DNA from: Cyanobacteriota bacterium
GTDB lineage: Bacteria; Cyanobacteriota; Cyanobacteriia; Thermostichales; Thermostichaceae
Assembly (NCBI GenBank): GCA_033764955.1
Contig: JANRIL010000042.1
Coordinates: forward strand, 1 to 64,000
DNA: 64,000 nucleotides
Direction: 5' to 3'
How positions within the stretch are numbered: position 1 is the stretch's first letter; each line of letters opens with the position of its first letter. Shown here in pieces: positions 49,427-59,329 of the stretch. Under the pieces are notes generated by a model, which worked only from the letters and a program-made list of their open reading frames with translations, made no database searches and was not told the origin of the DNA. The position numbers were made by a program, and so were the translations under genes.

Positions 49427-50410
49427 ATGAAAAAAATCGTTTTTCTCCTGCTGACGTGTCTCTTGGCAGTGATGAGCATGGGCAAGCCGGCGGCGGCCTA
49501 TCCAGCCTATGCTCAGATGGCCTACGAAACCCCCCGTGAAGCCACCGGAAAAATTGTCTGTGCCAACTGTCACCTCAATCAGTTACCCACCCAGGTAGAA
49601 ATTCCTCAGTCGGTCACGCCGGGACAGGTGTTCGACGTGGTTGTGAAAATTCCCTATGACCACAGCAAACTACAGGTGACGGGGGATGGCAGCAAAGGGG
49701 GATTGAATGTGGGATCCGTGGTGGTTTTACCGGAGGGTTTCCGCCTTGCCAGTGAGGAGGAAATGACGGAAGCGCAACGGGAAGAGGTAGCGGAAACCTA
49801 TGTGGCGGCCTATAGCGACGAAAAGCCAAATATTCTGGTGGTGGGGCCTATTTCTGGCGATGAGCACCCTGAGATTGTCTTCCCCATCAAAGCTCCTGAT
49901 CCAGCCGAGGATCCGTCTGTGGCCTTCATGAAGTATTACGTGTATGTGGGAGCCAATCGTGGTCGTGGTCAGATCAATCCCAATGGCTCCCTCAGCAACA
50001 ACAACCTCTTCCGCTCTCCCGTGACAGGGACGGTAGAGGAGATCCTCGTGCTGGCGGATCCCGCTACGGATTTACCTCCTGAATGGGTGGACAAGGTGGA
50101 TATTGGCGATGGCTATCCCGACACCCGTTTGATCACCTTCTCCACGGAGAAAGGGCTAGCCGCGATGGTGATTCCACCAGGGCCAGAATTAGTGGTGGCC
50201 GTTGGAGACTCTGTGAAAGAGGGATCCCCTCTCACCAACAACCCCAATGTGGGGGGCTTCGGTCAAGCGGATCGAGAGATCGTCCTGCAAAGTCCGGATC
50301 GGGTAAAGTGGCTGATCGCCTTCTTGGCTGCTGTGTTTGTAGCTCAGGTGATGCTGGTTTTGAAGAAGAAGCAAGTGGAATTAATTCAGGCTGCCGAAGT
50401 TTTGGGTTGA
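49427..50410 (+). CDS. petA: Apocytochrome f
   Basis: YP..AQ, PREATGKIVCANCH, NRGRGQ, NPNVGGFGQ, LKKKQ. Confidence 0.97.
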   Translation: MKKIVFLLLTCLLAVMSMGKPAAAYPAYAQMAYETPREATGKIVCANCHLNQLPTQVEIPQSVTPGQVFDVVVKIPYDHSKLQVTGDGSKGGLNVGSVVVLPEGFRLASEEEMTEAQREEVAETYVAAYSDEKPNILVVGPISGDEHPEIVFPIKAPDPAEDPSVAFMKYYVYVGANRGRGQINPNGSLSNNNLFRSPVTGTVEEILVLADPATDLPPEWVDKVDIGDGYPDTRLITFSTEKGLAAMVIPPGPELVVAVGDSVKEGSPLTNNPNVGGFGQADREIVLQSPDRVKWLIAFLAAVFVAQVMLVLKKKQVELIQAAEVLG

Positions 50411-50465
50411 TTTTTTCCGGTCATGACCAACGACTCTGGCTGCCTTGGGTAGCCAGGGTTATTTT

Positions 50466-51170
50466 TTAGGCATCCTCACCCCCGTCCTCCTCCTCCCTAG
50501 CAGGACGCTTGTGCAGGGCAAAGGTGGCATCGTCTCGTACCCCCCAGTCGGGATCCTCCTGAACAGATTTTTCTAGAGAATGCCAGAGGGGGGTCTGATC
50601 TATCCCTGGTTTGAGACTTTCTGCCACTTTGCCCAACGCCCAGGCGCAATTGCTGCGAACCGCTGCCACGGGATCCGCGAGGAGGGCGCTCACCAACACC
50701 TGGATCACCTGCTCTTGAGCGGAGGGGGTAGCCAGTTGAGCCAGTTGTCCAAGGGCACTCGCCGCCCAAAGGCGAACAGCTGTGATATCCGTTTGCAACG
50801 CTTCTCGCAACACCGGAATAGCCTGGGGATCCCGTGTATTGCCTAATGCCCAAACCACCCCTTTCCGGACATAGCCATTCCAATCCCGCTGCATCGCCTG
50901 GATGAGTTCGGGAACCGCTTCGGCAGCCGGATTACGCCCCAAGGCATAGGCGGCACTCACCCGCACCAGCGTACAGGGATCCCGCAACAATTCCACCAGT
51001 CGCCGGATGGAACGCGGTTCCTCTTGGTCACAAAAGATCCGTGCCGCTTGCATCCGTAAGCGGGGATTGGGATGCTCCAGTTGCGCCAACATGCCCTCGA
51101 CATCCACCGCCGGAGGATCGGGAGGCAGTTCATCCAACGGTTCGAGGGGGCTAAAGGCGTCTTCATACAT
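50466..51170 (-). CDS. PBS-lyase HEAT-like repeat protein
   Basis: Repeated VR..AA.ALG units (VRVSAAYALG, VRKGVVWALG, VRLWAASALG, VRSNCAWALG). Confidence 0.88.
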   Translation of the reverse strand: MYEDAFSPLEPLDELPPDPPAVDVEGMLAQLEHPNPRLRMQAARIFCDQEEPRSIRRLVELLRDPCTLVRVSAAYALGRNPAAEAVPELIQAMQRDWNGYVRKGVVWALGNTRDPQAIPVLREALQTDITAVRLWAASALGQLAQLATPSAQEQVIQVLVSALLADPVAAVRSNCAWALGKVAESLKPGIDQTPLWHSLEKSVQEDPDWGVRDDATFALHKRPAREEEDGGEDA

Positions 51171-51443
51171 GGCTTATTTTGACGGAGAAAGGAATAATAG
51201 GGAAAAAGCGAGGGGGGAGGCTCCCTTCCCAGGAAAGGGTTGGATCCCGCCCAGTCAAAACGCCAACCCCAATCATCATAAGCCGCCAAAAACAACAAAA
51301 AAGCAATCGGTGTTTATCGCTAGCTATCTGATTCTAAAAACCTCGATCCTGTCTCTAACGATTGATCAGCAGATTTATTAGGAGGAAGGAACCAGCCGAA
51401 AATGGCAACGGTATGATAGGCAGTGGAGTAATTTCCACAACCT

Positions 51444-51938
51444 ATGCCCTCATCCTGGAGTTTATCCATGCTCTCTTTATCTCAGAATTTATCTCCGACC
51501 GCCCTTCGTCTGACTTTTGGAGTGACTTTTGGAGTGACGGTGGTCAGTGCTCTGTTGGCTTGGCCGTTGGTTGGGCAGGCGCAAGTCAAATTGCCAATCG
51601 GTGTGGATCAAGAGGTATTTACCAAGCCGAGGGTTCAGTTTAATCCGAGGGTTCCCCTCAAGTTGGTAGTGATCAACTACACCGGATATCCCCTGGAGTA
51701 TGGCCTGACGGATCCCCGTTCCTTAGTGACGGAATTGCCCGTGGACGAACGGTTAACCTTGTCCAATTTTCGCATTCCCAACTGTTTAGCCATCAACACC
51801 CCGATGTATGCCCCTGTCCAATATATTGTCAGTGTGGATCGCTACAATACGGCAACGGTGCAGGTGAAATTGGTCAATGATGTTTCGGGGGATCATTGCT
51901 TAGATATTCAGCCCACCGGAGCTATTTTTGTCAATTAA
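51444..51938 (+). CDS. Hypothetical secreted protein
   Basis: Signal-peptide-like segment ending VGQA; beta-rich mature part. Confidence 0.6.
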   Translation: MPSSWSLSMLSLSQNLSPTALRLTFGVTFGVTVVSALLAWPLVGQAQVKLPIGVDQEVFTKPRVQFNPRVPLKLVVINYTGYPLEYGLTDPRSLVTELPVDERLTLSNFRIPNCLAINTPMYAPVQYIVSVDRYNTATVQVKLVNDVSGDHCLDIQPTGAIFVN

Positions 51939-52263
51939 GTCCTTGTGAAATTCCAGAGACAAACTGCTCGTGTTTCGATTTTCGGAACACCCAAGCACGG
52001 TAAATGGTATAGCCACTTGCGCGAACACTGGATTGTGACAGAAGGTTACTCGTTGGCAATTGAAGGTCTATGAGCATGGACAGGCGGGAGTCAGAATGGC
52101 AAGATGCAAACATAGAGACATTCCGTAAGGAATCTTGGCCGGATCCCTTGTTTTTGCCTTATTCTTTTGCCATATTTTGTTGCTTTGAAGTTTAACTTTG
52201 CGGATGAGTTAGACTTAGATTTCTCATTGCTTTTTCTCTCTCGTTGTTGAGGCACTGTTTTTT

Positions 52264-53337
52264 ATGAATTACCAATCTTTAGGGGTTGATCGGTGGTTTG
52301 CTCAAGCGGTATTGGTAACAGCAACAGCCGTCAGCTTAGCCAGTTGGCCGACGGTGGTGCGGGCTCAACAGATTACGGATCCCAGTCCGGCGCAAGCCGC
52401 CACCAATGTTGTTCCCGAATCTCCGATTTCCGCTTCTTTTCGGGCGGTGGATGGGGTGGCGGTGCGCCCTGAAACCGTCAAGATTTTGGTGGATAACCGC
52501 GATGTCACCGCTCAATCCGTGATTACCAAAGATTTCTTTAGTTATCGTCCCACCACTCCCCTTAGTCTGGGCCGACATGAAGTCCTGCTGGAGTTTACCA
52601 ATACCCAGGGGGTAACTCGCCGTGTGGCGTGGGGGTTTGAAGTGGGAAATCCCATCAAAGCCACTATTGATTCAGTGGTGCATAACGCCGCCAACCGCGC
52701 CTTGGCCGCCGGAGAAATCATGCTGGTGACCGTGAAAGGGACTCCCGCCAGCAAGGTGAATGTCTATCTGGTTCAGGATGGGCAGAAGGTACAAAATCTG
52801 ACGGCTCAAGAGGTGGATCCAGGTATTTATGTGGTGAATGCCTTAATTGAGTCAAAAGACACGACCAAAGAAGGGATCCTGATTGCCCGTTTGGAAAACA
52901 GTGGACAGGTCAAGTTTGCCACAGCCGAGCAGGCGGTACGGCTGGTTCAAGGGGCGACGGCGGGTGTGCAGCGCCTCACCACCCAGGAGGTGAATGCTTC
53001 ATTAGCCCAACAACTGACGGGTAACCAACTGCAACCCCAGATCACCAACTATCGGGATGGGGATCGCATTTCCGGATCCTCCTTCGTCTTGCAGGGGAAA
53101 ACCCTCCCCAATGCCTCGGTGCAAGTGAAGGTGAATGCTGAGAACAACCTAGGGGGCATCATCAGCGCCCAGCGCACTCTGGTGAATCAATCGGTACAAG
53201 CCAATAGCCAGGGGATTTTTAGCATTACGATCACGCCATCTGTTCCGGCGGCGGGCACGGTTTATCGGGTGGAAATGAAGTCCACCGCCAATGGACAAAC
53301 CAGTCCGACGGTATCGTTGCAATTGGTGCAGCAATAG
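52264..53337 (+). CDS. Hypothetical secreted protein with about three Ig-like beta-sandwich domains
   Basis: Signal peptide ending VRA; PLSLGRHEV..., V.VKGTP.S.V, LQGKTLPNASVQV...ANSQGIFS motifs. Confidence 0.7.
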   Translation: MNYQSLGVDRWFAQAVLVTATAVSLASWPTVVRAQQITDPSPAQAATNVVPESPISASFRAVDGVAVRPETVKILVDNRDVTAQSVITKDFFSYRPTTPLSLGRHEVLLEFTNTQGVTRRVAWGFEVGNPIKATIDSVVHNAANRALAAGEIMLVTVKGTPASKVNVYLVQDGQKVQNLTAQEVDPGIYVVNALIESKDTTKEGILIARLENSGQVKFATAEQAVRLVQGATAGVQRLTTQEVNASLAQQLTGNQLQPQITNYRDGDRISGSSFVLQGKTLPNASVQVKVNAENNLGGIISAQRTLVNQSVQANSQGIFSITITPSVPAAGTVYRVEMKSTANGQTSPTVSLQLVQQ

Positions 53338-53382
53338 GCTGCCTTTGGCTAAATCCTGAGGGATCCCTATGCTCTGGCGATT

Positions 53383-54744
53383 ATGGCAGTTGTGATCGCG
53401 GCTCCCAGTAGTCGTTCGGGCAAAACCACTATCACCCTGGCGTTGTTGGCGGCACTGCGGCGGCGGGGGGTGGTGGTGCAATCCTTCAAGGTGGGACCAG
53501 ACTATATCGATCCGATGTTTCATGAGGCGGTGACGGGTCTGCCCTGCCGTAATCTGGATCCCGTCCTCACCTCCGAGTCCTATGTCAAGGATTGTTTTCG
53601 CTACCACTGTCAGGGGCGGCATGCAGCCTTGATCGAAGGGGTGATGGGGCTATTTGACGGCAAGGCTAGCCCTCCCTCGTGGGGATCCCTGCCGGATCAG
53701 GGCAGCACGGCTCATGTGGCTCGTCTACTGGATCAGCCGGTGATTTTGGTGGTAGATGCCCGTGGTATGTCCACATCGATAGCAGCTTTGATCTATGGAT
53801 TTCGCCATTTGGATCGACGGGTCAAGCTGGCGGGGGTGATCCTAAATCGGGTGGGATCGCCGCGTCATGAGGAAATGTTGCGAATTGCTGTGGCCTCTCA
53901 ACATCTGCCTGTTTTGGGCTGTGTGGGCACGATACCGGAGATTGCCCTACCCAGCCGGCACTTGGGCTTAGTGCCTGTGGATCAACTGACAACTTTTGCG
54001 GAGATGCAAACCCGTCTGGCGGATCTGGCGGAAGCCGCTATGGACTGGGCACAACTGCTCCCGTTGCTGTGTGATTTGCCCCCGCCTGCGGATCCGCTCT
54101 GGGATCTGGATGGGGATCCTTTCCCTGGTCAATTGCCCCCCCGAATTGCCATTGCCTCTGATCAAGCCTTTAACTTTTACTACGCAGATCATATTGATTT
54201 GTTGAAGGCTAGTGGTGCTCAACTCTCGTTTTATTCCCCATTACAAGAGGGATTGCTGCCACGGGATCCCTGTGATGGGGTTTATTTAGGAGGGGGGTTT
54301 CCGGAGTTGTTTGCCTCCCAGCTCTCGGAACGATTTGTAGCCCATCCTTTGCCGCCGCGACTGCCTCTCATCTATGCCGAATGTGGGGGATTGATGGTGC
54401 TGGGCGAAACCCTGTGGGATCTGGCGGGGGATCCCTATCGCATGAGCGGGGTGTTGCCCTTGCAGACCAAGATGACCGAGCGCTTAACCCTTGGCTATCG
54501 CCATGCCCAAACCCTGCGAGCCACCCCCTTTTTTCCCAACCATCTCGCTTTAACCGGACATGAATTTCATCATTCCCAAAGCCTAAATGGTTCGATCTCC
54601 CCCATTTATGCCTGGGATAATCACCGCGAAGGTTGGGCTAGTGACCGCATTCATGCTTCTTATCTGCATCTGCACTGGGGATCTGCCCCGGTATGGGTGC
54701 AGCGCTGGCTGCGGCATTGTCAAGCACAAAGAGGGGAGCAATGA
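53383..54744 (+). CDS. cobB: Cobyrinate a,c-diamide synthase (CbiA/CobB)
   Basis: SGKTT, FKVGPDYIDP, EGVMGLFDG, RHLGL, GGGFPE, YAECGG, GHEFH, SYLHLH. Confidence 0.95.
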   Translation: MAVVIAAPSSRSGKTTITLALLAALRRRGVVVQSFKVGPDYIDPMFHEAVTGLPCRNLDPVLTSESYVKDCFRYHCQGRHAALIEGVMGLFDGKASPPSWGSLPDQGSTAHVARLLDQPVILVVDARGMSTSIAALIYGFRHLDRRVKLAGVILNRVGSPRHEEMLRIAVASQHLPVLGCVGTIPEIALPSRHLGLVPVDQLTTFAEMQTRLADLAEAAMDWAQLLPLLCDLPPPADPLWDLDGDPFPGQLPPRIAIASDQAFNFYYADHIDLLKASGAQLSFYSPLQEGLLPRDPCDGVYLGGGFPELFASQLSERFVAHPLPPRLPLIYAECGGLMVLGETLWDLAGDPYRMSGVLPLQTKMTERLTLGYRHAQTLRATPFFPNHLALTGHEFHHSQSLNGSISPIYAWDNHREGWASDRIHASYLHLHWGSAPVWVQRWLRHCQAQRGEQ

Positions 54745-54925
54745 CCGAAAACGTTAGGCATGGACAGGTTGATCCCTCTCAGCTCTATAAACTTATGGAC
54801 GTAAATTGCAACGAAATACTACGAATGTCGGACTTTCGTATTTACAAAGGATCACATCAAGGATCCCGAAGGCAGATTGAAGAGAAGAGGTCTATGTGGC
54901 CTTGGTATAGAGTATCACATTTGAG

Positions 54926-55255
54926 ATGTTCGCCCCTATGATGCCAACTGCTACCCTCAAGCCCGCTTCGGCCAGCCGTAAAGCTCTCTATTTGTGGAGA
55001 ATTCCCCTTAAGACTTTGCAACAGTGGCTCGATCACATTGAAATTCGGGATCCCCGTATAGCCCACTGGATTTGTCAGGTTCTGCCAGCCCAATGTCCAT
55101 TTGAGCGGGATATCGTTCTTTCGGGTCATAAACTCTTTCATATTCCCGCGATGTGTCAGATTAACCCTGTCTATGATCAATTGATGGGGATCCGTTTTCG
55201 GGCTTTATCCTATTTGGCGGAACAAGGTGAGGATATCACCCCCTACATCTCCTGA
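54926..55255 (+). CDS. Stand-alone 'Mo-dependent nitrogenase C-terminal' domain protein (PF06967-like)
   Basis: IC..LPAQCPFERDI, HIPAMCQINPVYDQLMGIRFRALSYLA. Confidence 0.85.
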   Translation: MFAPMMPTATLKPASASRKALYLWRIPLKTLQQWLDHIEIRDPRIAHWICQVLPAQCPFERDIVLSGHKLFHIPAMCQINPVYDQLMGIRFRALSYLAEQGEDITPYIS

Positions 55256-55403
55256 AAACTCGGCACGAATTACGGCTCACCCCTCACCAGAAATTCCCCA
55301 AAATAGGCAGAGTCTCTAGCCGGAAAGACAAGCCCCAGGCATAATGGGCACACGTGACTATCACGCATTGTTTCCACATCAGACATTTTTAGGGATCCAG
55401 CAT

Positions 55404-56609
55404 ATGGGGCGGGCAAAAAAGGTTGTTTTGGCCTATTCAGGCGGTGTTGATACCTCTGTTTGCATTCCTTATCTGAAGCAGGAGTGGGGAGTAGAGTCGG
55501 TGGTCACGTTGGCGGTGGATTTGGGGCAGGGGGCTGAGTTAGATGCCATTCAAGCCAAAGCCCTCAAGTCAGGAGCCGAACAATCGTTGGTACAGGATGC
55601 CATTCTTCCGTTAATTACCGAATACGCCTTTCCGGCGATTCAAGCCAATGCCCTCTACGAAAATCGCTATCCCCTCTCGACAGCCCTAGCTCGCCCTCTG
55701 ATTGCTAAATTGCTGGTGGAAGTGGCTGAACAGGTGGGGGCGGATGCGGTGGCGCACGGATGTACGGGCAAGGGGAATGACCAGGTGCGTTTTGATCTGG
55801 CGATTGCCGCCCTCAACCCCAAACTGAAGGTACTGGCTCCGGCGCGGGAATGGGGGATGAGCCGTGAGGAAACCATTGCCTATGGCGAAAAATTTGGGAT
55901 CCCTTCCCCTGTCAAAAAATCCAGTCCCTACAGTATTGACTTGAATATCTTAGGGCGGAGTGCGGAAGCAGGGGTATTAGAAGATGCCAATGTGGAACCC
56001 CCGGAAGAGGTGTATGCCCTCACCCAATCGGTGTCAGCCGCCCCCGACCAACCCACCTACGTTGAGATCGCCTTTGAACAGGGGATCCCAGTGGCTCTGG
56101 ACGGACAACGGCTGGATCCCAAGGCATTGCTGCTCCGCCTCAACGAGCTAGCGGGGCGGAATGGGATCGGGCGTGTGGATATGATCGAAAACCGTCTGGT
56201 GGGGATCAAATCCCGTGAAATTTATGAGGTGCCTGGTTTGCTAACGCTGATTCTGGCGCACCGCGAACTGGAAACTCTGACACTGCCCCGCGAAGTGGCT
56301 CACTACAAATTGGGTATTGAAACCACCTACAGTCAGTTGGTCTATAACGGTCTGTGGTATTCTCCCCTACGCCAAGCTTTGGATGGATTTGTCAAGGCCA
56401 CTCAGGAACGAGTTACCGGTGTGGTGCGGATGCGGCTCTATAAGGGGCAGGCGGTGGCGGTGGGACGACAGTCTCCCTACTCCCTCTACGATGCCGGGCT
56501 GGCCACCTACGGCGAGGAGGATCAGTTTGACCACAAGGCGGCAGAGGGTTTCATTTATGTGTGGGGCTTGCCTACCCGTGTCTGGTCACAAACCCAAGGT
56601 CTCTCCTGA
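55404..56609 (+). CDS. argG: Argininosuccinate synthase
   Basis: [38 protein letters not shown]. Confidence 0.97.
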   Translation: MGRAKKVVLAYSGGVDTSVCIPYLKQEWGVESVVTLAVDLGQGAELDAIQAKALKSGAEQSLVQDAILPLITEYAFPAIQANALYENRYPLSTALARPLIAKLLVEVAEQVGADAVAHGCTGKGNDQVRFDLAIAALNPKLKVLAPAREWGMSREETIAYGEKFGIPSPVKKSSPYSIDLNILGRSAEAGVLEDANVEPPEEVYALTQSVSAAPDQPTYVEIAFEQGIPVALDGQRLDPKALLLRLNELAGRNGIGRVDMIENRLVGIKSREIYEVPGLLTLILAHRELETLTLPREVAHYKLGIETTYSQLVYNGLWYSPLRQALDGFVKATQERVTGVVRMRLYKGQAVAVGRQSPYSLYDAGLATYGEEDQFDHKAAEGFIYVWGLPTRVWSQTQGLS

Positions 56610-56768
56610 TACCGCTAGCTTGCCATTGATCGGGATCCCTCCATAAAAACAGGAAACGGGCGGCCTGCCCTTTCATCCATTCACCACCGTAGGAGCCGAA
56701 GTCAGCAGAGTAAACTAAGAAGAGCCGCTGGCTTTGCCCCTCAACCCCTTTGCCTGATATCTGCTGGA

Positions 56769-59141
56769 ATGGATGATCAACTGCTCACCGAAACCTTGCA
56801 CCTACTGGAATGGCCCCGCCTCTGTCTGCATCTCTCAACTTTTGCTGCCACCAAAATAGGTGTATTAGCCTGCCAACACTGGGATCCCTGGCGTTCTTGG
56901 GCGGAAACAGAGGTGCTTTTGGATGAAACCCAGGAAGCGATTCAACTGGACAGCACGCTGCCGGGGGGACTCTCGATGCAGGGGATCCATGATCTTTTGC
57001 CCCACCTAGAACGGGCTGAACGGGGGGGAGTGTTGCAGGGCAGTGATCTGATCCAGATTGCTGCCACCCTTGCCTCCGCCCGCCGCGTCCGTCGCACCAT
57101 TGATGATCGGCCTCAACTCCCCCGTCTGCAAGCCCTCCTGGGATCCCTACGCACCTATCCCGAACTGGAACAAGCCATTTTGCAAAGTTTGGATGAGCAA
57201 GGAACACTACGAGACAGTGCCAGCCCTACCCTACAATCTCTCCGTCAACAAGGGCGTCAACGCCGCCAGCAAATCCAAGCCCACCTACAACGCCTGATCG
57301 CTGACCGCCCCCAAGCCATCCAAGACTCCGGCATTACCCAACGGCAAGGGCGCTATGTGGTAGCGGTCAAAGCCAGCCACCGCGACCAGGTGCGCGGATT
57401 GATCCACGATACCTCCCAAAGCGGAGCCACCCTCTATGTGGAACCCTACAACACAGTTGATCTCAACAATCACCTCAAGCAGGAACAGGCGGCTGCCCAT
57501 GCCGAAGAACAACGGATTTTGCAAGACTTATCCCAGCAGGTGGCCGCCGTCAGCCCCGACTTAGAGGCATTGCAGGGGATGATGATTGGTCTGGATCTCG
57601 CCCTGGCTAGGGGGCGCTACAGCCTTTGGCTAGAAGGTAACCGCCCGCAATTTGTGGCCACAGGTTGGCGGTTACGGCGGGTCAGACACCCCCTGTTGCT
57701 CTGGCAAACCCAACACGACGATAGCCAAGCGGTGATTCCCGTCAACGTCACCCTGCGCCCGCAGATCCGGGTTGCTGTGATCACAGGTCCCAACACCGGC
57801 GGCAAAACCGTTACTCTCAAAACCCTAGGACTGTTGGTTTTAATGGCGAAAGCCGGACTATATATCCCTGCCCAGGATCCCGCCGAGTTGCCCTGGTTTA
57901 GCACCGTCTACGCCGATATTGGAGATGAGCAATCTCTGCAACAAAGTCTCTCCACATTCTCTGGGCATATTCGCCGCATCAGCCGCATTTTGCAGTCCCT
58001 TGCAGGGATAGAGGCCAACTCTGCCCTCGTGCTGCTGGATGAAGTGGGGGCAGGCACCGATCCGGTGGAGGGATCCGCTTTGGCTGCCGCCCTATTGCTG
58101 CATCTGGCGGATCAGGCACCCTTTACCCTAGCTACCACCCACTACGGCGAACTAAAAGCCCTGAAATATCAGGATGCCCGCTTTGAAAATGCCTCGGTCG
58201 AGTTTGACGAAGCCACCCTGGCTCCCACCTATCGCCTACTCTGGGGGATCCCTGGTCGCTCCAATGCCCTGACGATTGCCCGCCGCCTTCAGTTGGATGA
58301 AGGGGTGATTGCCCAAGCCCAAGCCCGCCTGACGGGAGAAGTGACTCAGGTGGATAGCGTGGTGATCGGCTTAGAGCAGCAACGAGCCGAATGGGAGCGA
58401 AAAACCCAAGAGGCAGAAAGCTTACACCGTCAACTGGAAGCCCTGCAACAGGAGATGCAAAGCCGCAGCCAACGCCTAGCGGAACGGGAAGCCCATCTGG
58501 AGCAGGAGAAAAACCAAACCATCCAGTCCGCCATTCAAAACGCGCGCGCCGAAATCGCTGCCGTGATCCGTCGCCTACAGCAGGGGGATCCCTCCGCCCA
58601 AGCCGCCCAAAAAGCGACCCAGGAGTTGGAGACGATTCAGCAACGCCACCTCTCCCCTCCCCCCGTCAGCGAAACCGAGTTTTTCCCAGAGGTGGGGGAT
58701 CGGGTGCGGCTGCAAGGGCTGCACCAAATCGGGGAGGTGATCGCCATCAACGGCGATGAACTAATGGTTCGCAGCGGTATTCTCAAATTCACCCTTACCC
58801 TCAGCCAGATTGCCCCCCTTGACGATCATCAAGCCAAACAGCGCCAACGCCCCAAACCCAGCAAAACCCCCACCCCCTCATCCCTCACCCCTGTCACCAT
58901 CCGCACCCGTCATAACACCCTCGATCTGCGGGGCAAAAATGTCGCCGAGGCCACCCACCTTCTAGAAAATCGGCTAGCGGAGGCTCCCGCCGGATCCCTT
59001 TGGCTCATTCATGGGCATGGCACAGGCAAACTACGGATGGGGGTTCAAGAATTCTTACGAAGCCATCCCCGTGTCGTCAATATGGCTGCCGCAGATGCCC
59101 AAGACGGAGGAGCCGGGGTGACCGTAGCCCAGTTGCGCTAA
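56769..59141 (+). CDS. mutS2: Endonuclease MutS2
   Basis: TGPNTGGKT, DIGDEQS..QSLSTFSGH, LLDEVGAGTDP, C-terminal Smr (LDLRG, IHGHGTG). Confidence 0.95.
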   Translation: MDDQLLTETLHLLEWPRLCLHLSTFAATKIGVLACQHWDPWRSWAETEVLLDETQEAIQLDSTLPGGLSMQGIHDLLPHLERAERGGVLQGSDLIQIAATLASARRVRRTIDDRPQLPRLQALLGSLRTYPELEQAILQSLDEQGTLRDSASPTLQSLRQQGRQRRQQIQAHLQRLIADRPQAIQDSGITQRQGRYVVAVKASHRDQVRGLIHDTSQSGATLYVEPYNTVDLNNHLKQEQAAAHAEEQRILQDLSQQVAAVSPDLEALQGMMIGLDLALARGRYSLWLEGNRPQFVATGWRLRRVRHPLLLWQTQHDDSQAVIPVNVTLRPQIRVAVITGPNTGGKTVTLKTLGLLVLMAKAGLYIPAQDPAELPWFSTVYADIGDEQSLQQSLSTFSGHIRRISRILQSLAGIEANSALVLLDEVGAGTDPVEGSALAAALLLHLADQAPFTLATTHYGELKALKYQDARFENASVEFDEATLAPTYRLLWGIPGRSNALTIARRLQLDEGVIAQAQARLTGEVTQVDSVVIGLEQQRAEWERKTQEAESLHRQLEALQQEMQSRSQRLAEREAHLEQEKNQTIQSAIQNARAEIAAVIRRLQQGDPSAQAAQKATQELETIQQRHLSPPPVSETEFFPEVGDRVRLQGLHQIGEVIAINGDELMVRSGILKFTLTLSQIAPLDDHQAKQRQRPKPSKTPTPSSLTPVTIRTRHNTLDLRGKNVAEATHLLENRLAEAPAGSLWLIHGHGTGKLRMGVQEFLRSHPRVVNMAAADAQDGGAGVTVAQLR

Positions 59142-59329
59142 GGTCTAGGGATCCCGGTGTCTCTGACAATCCTGTTCGAAAATCTTGATAGGATAGAATC
59201 AAATTCTTAACCTAGGCAACTTTTAAACCCTGGTTTTGAGCCCCTAAACCTGGCTATTCCTGCCTGACCCCTTCCATCAACCCGCCCTTTCTGAGCTACT
59301 CAAAGCTCCCCCCACGCTCGGAGTAACGC

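Noticed and set aside
52130..52143. 13/14 match (GAATCTTGGCCGGA) to the predicted TnpB guide, upstream of the 52264 gene, suggesting RNA-guided regulation
   Set aside because: The match is short, was found post hoc and overlaps a HIP-like GGATCC. The 5' flank (GTAAG) is not a recognised TAM-like motif, and the TnpB keeps its RuvC-III Asp. Most likely chance.
54926..55255. Evidence for nitrogen fixation
   Set aside because: This domain is widespread in non-diazotrophic cyanobacteria, and no nif genes are present
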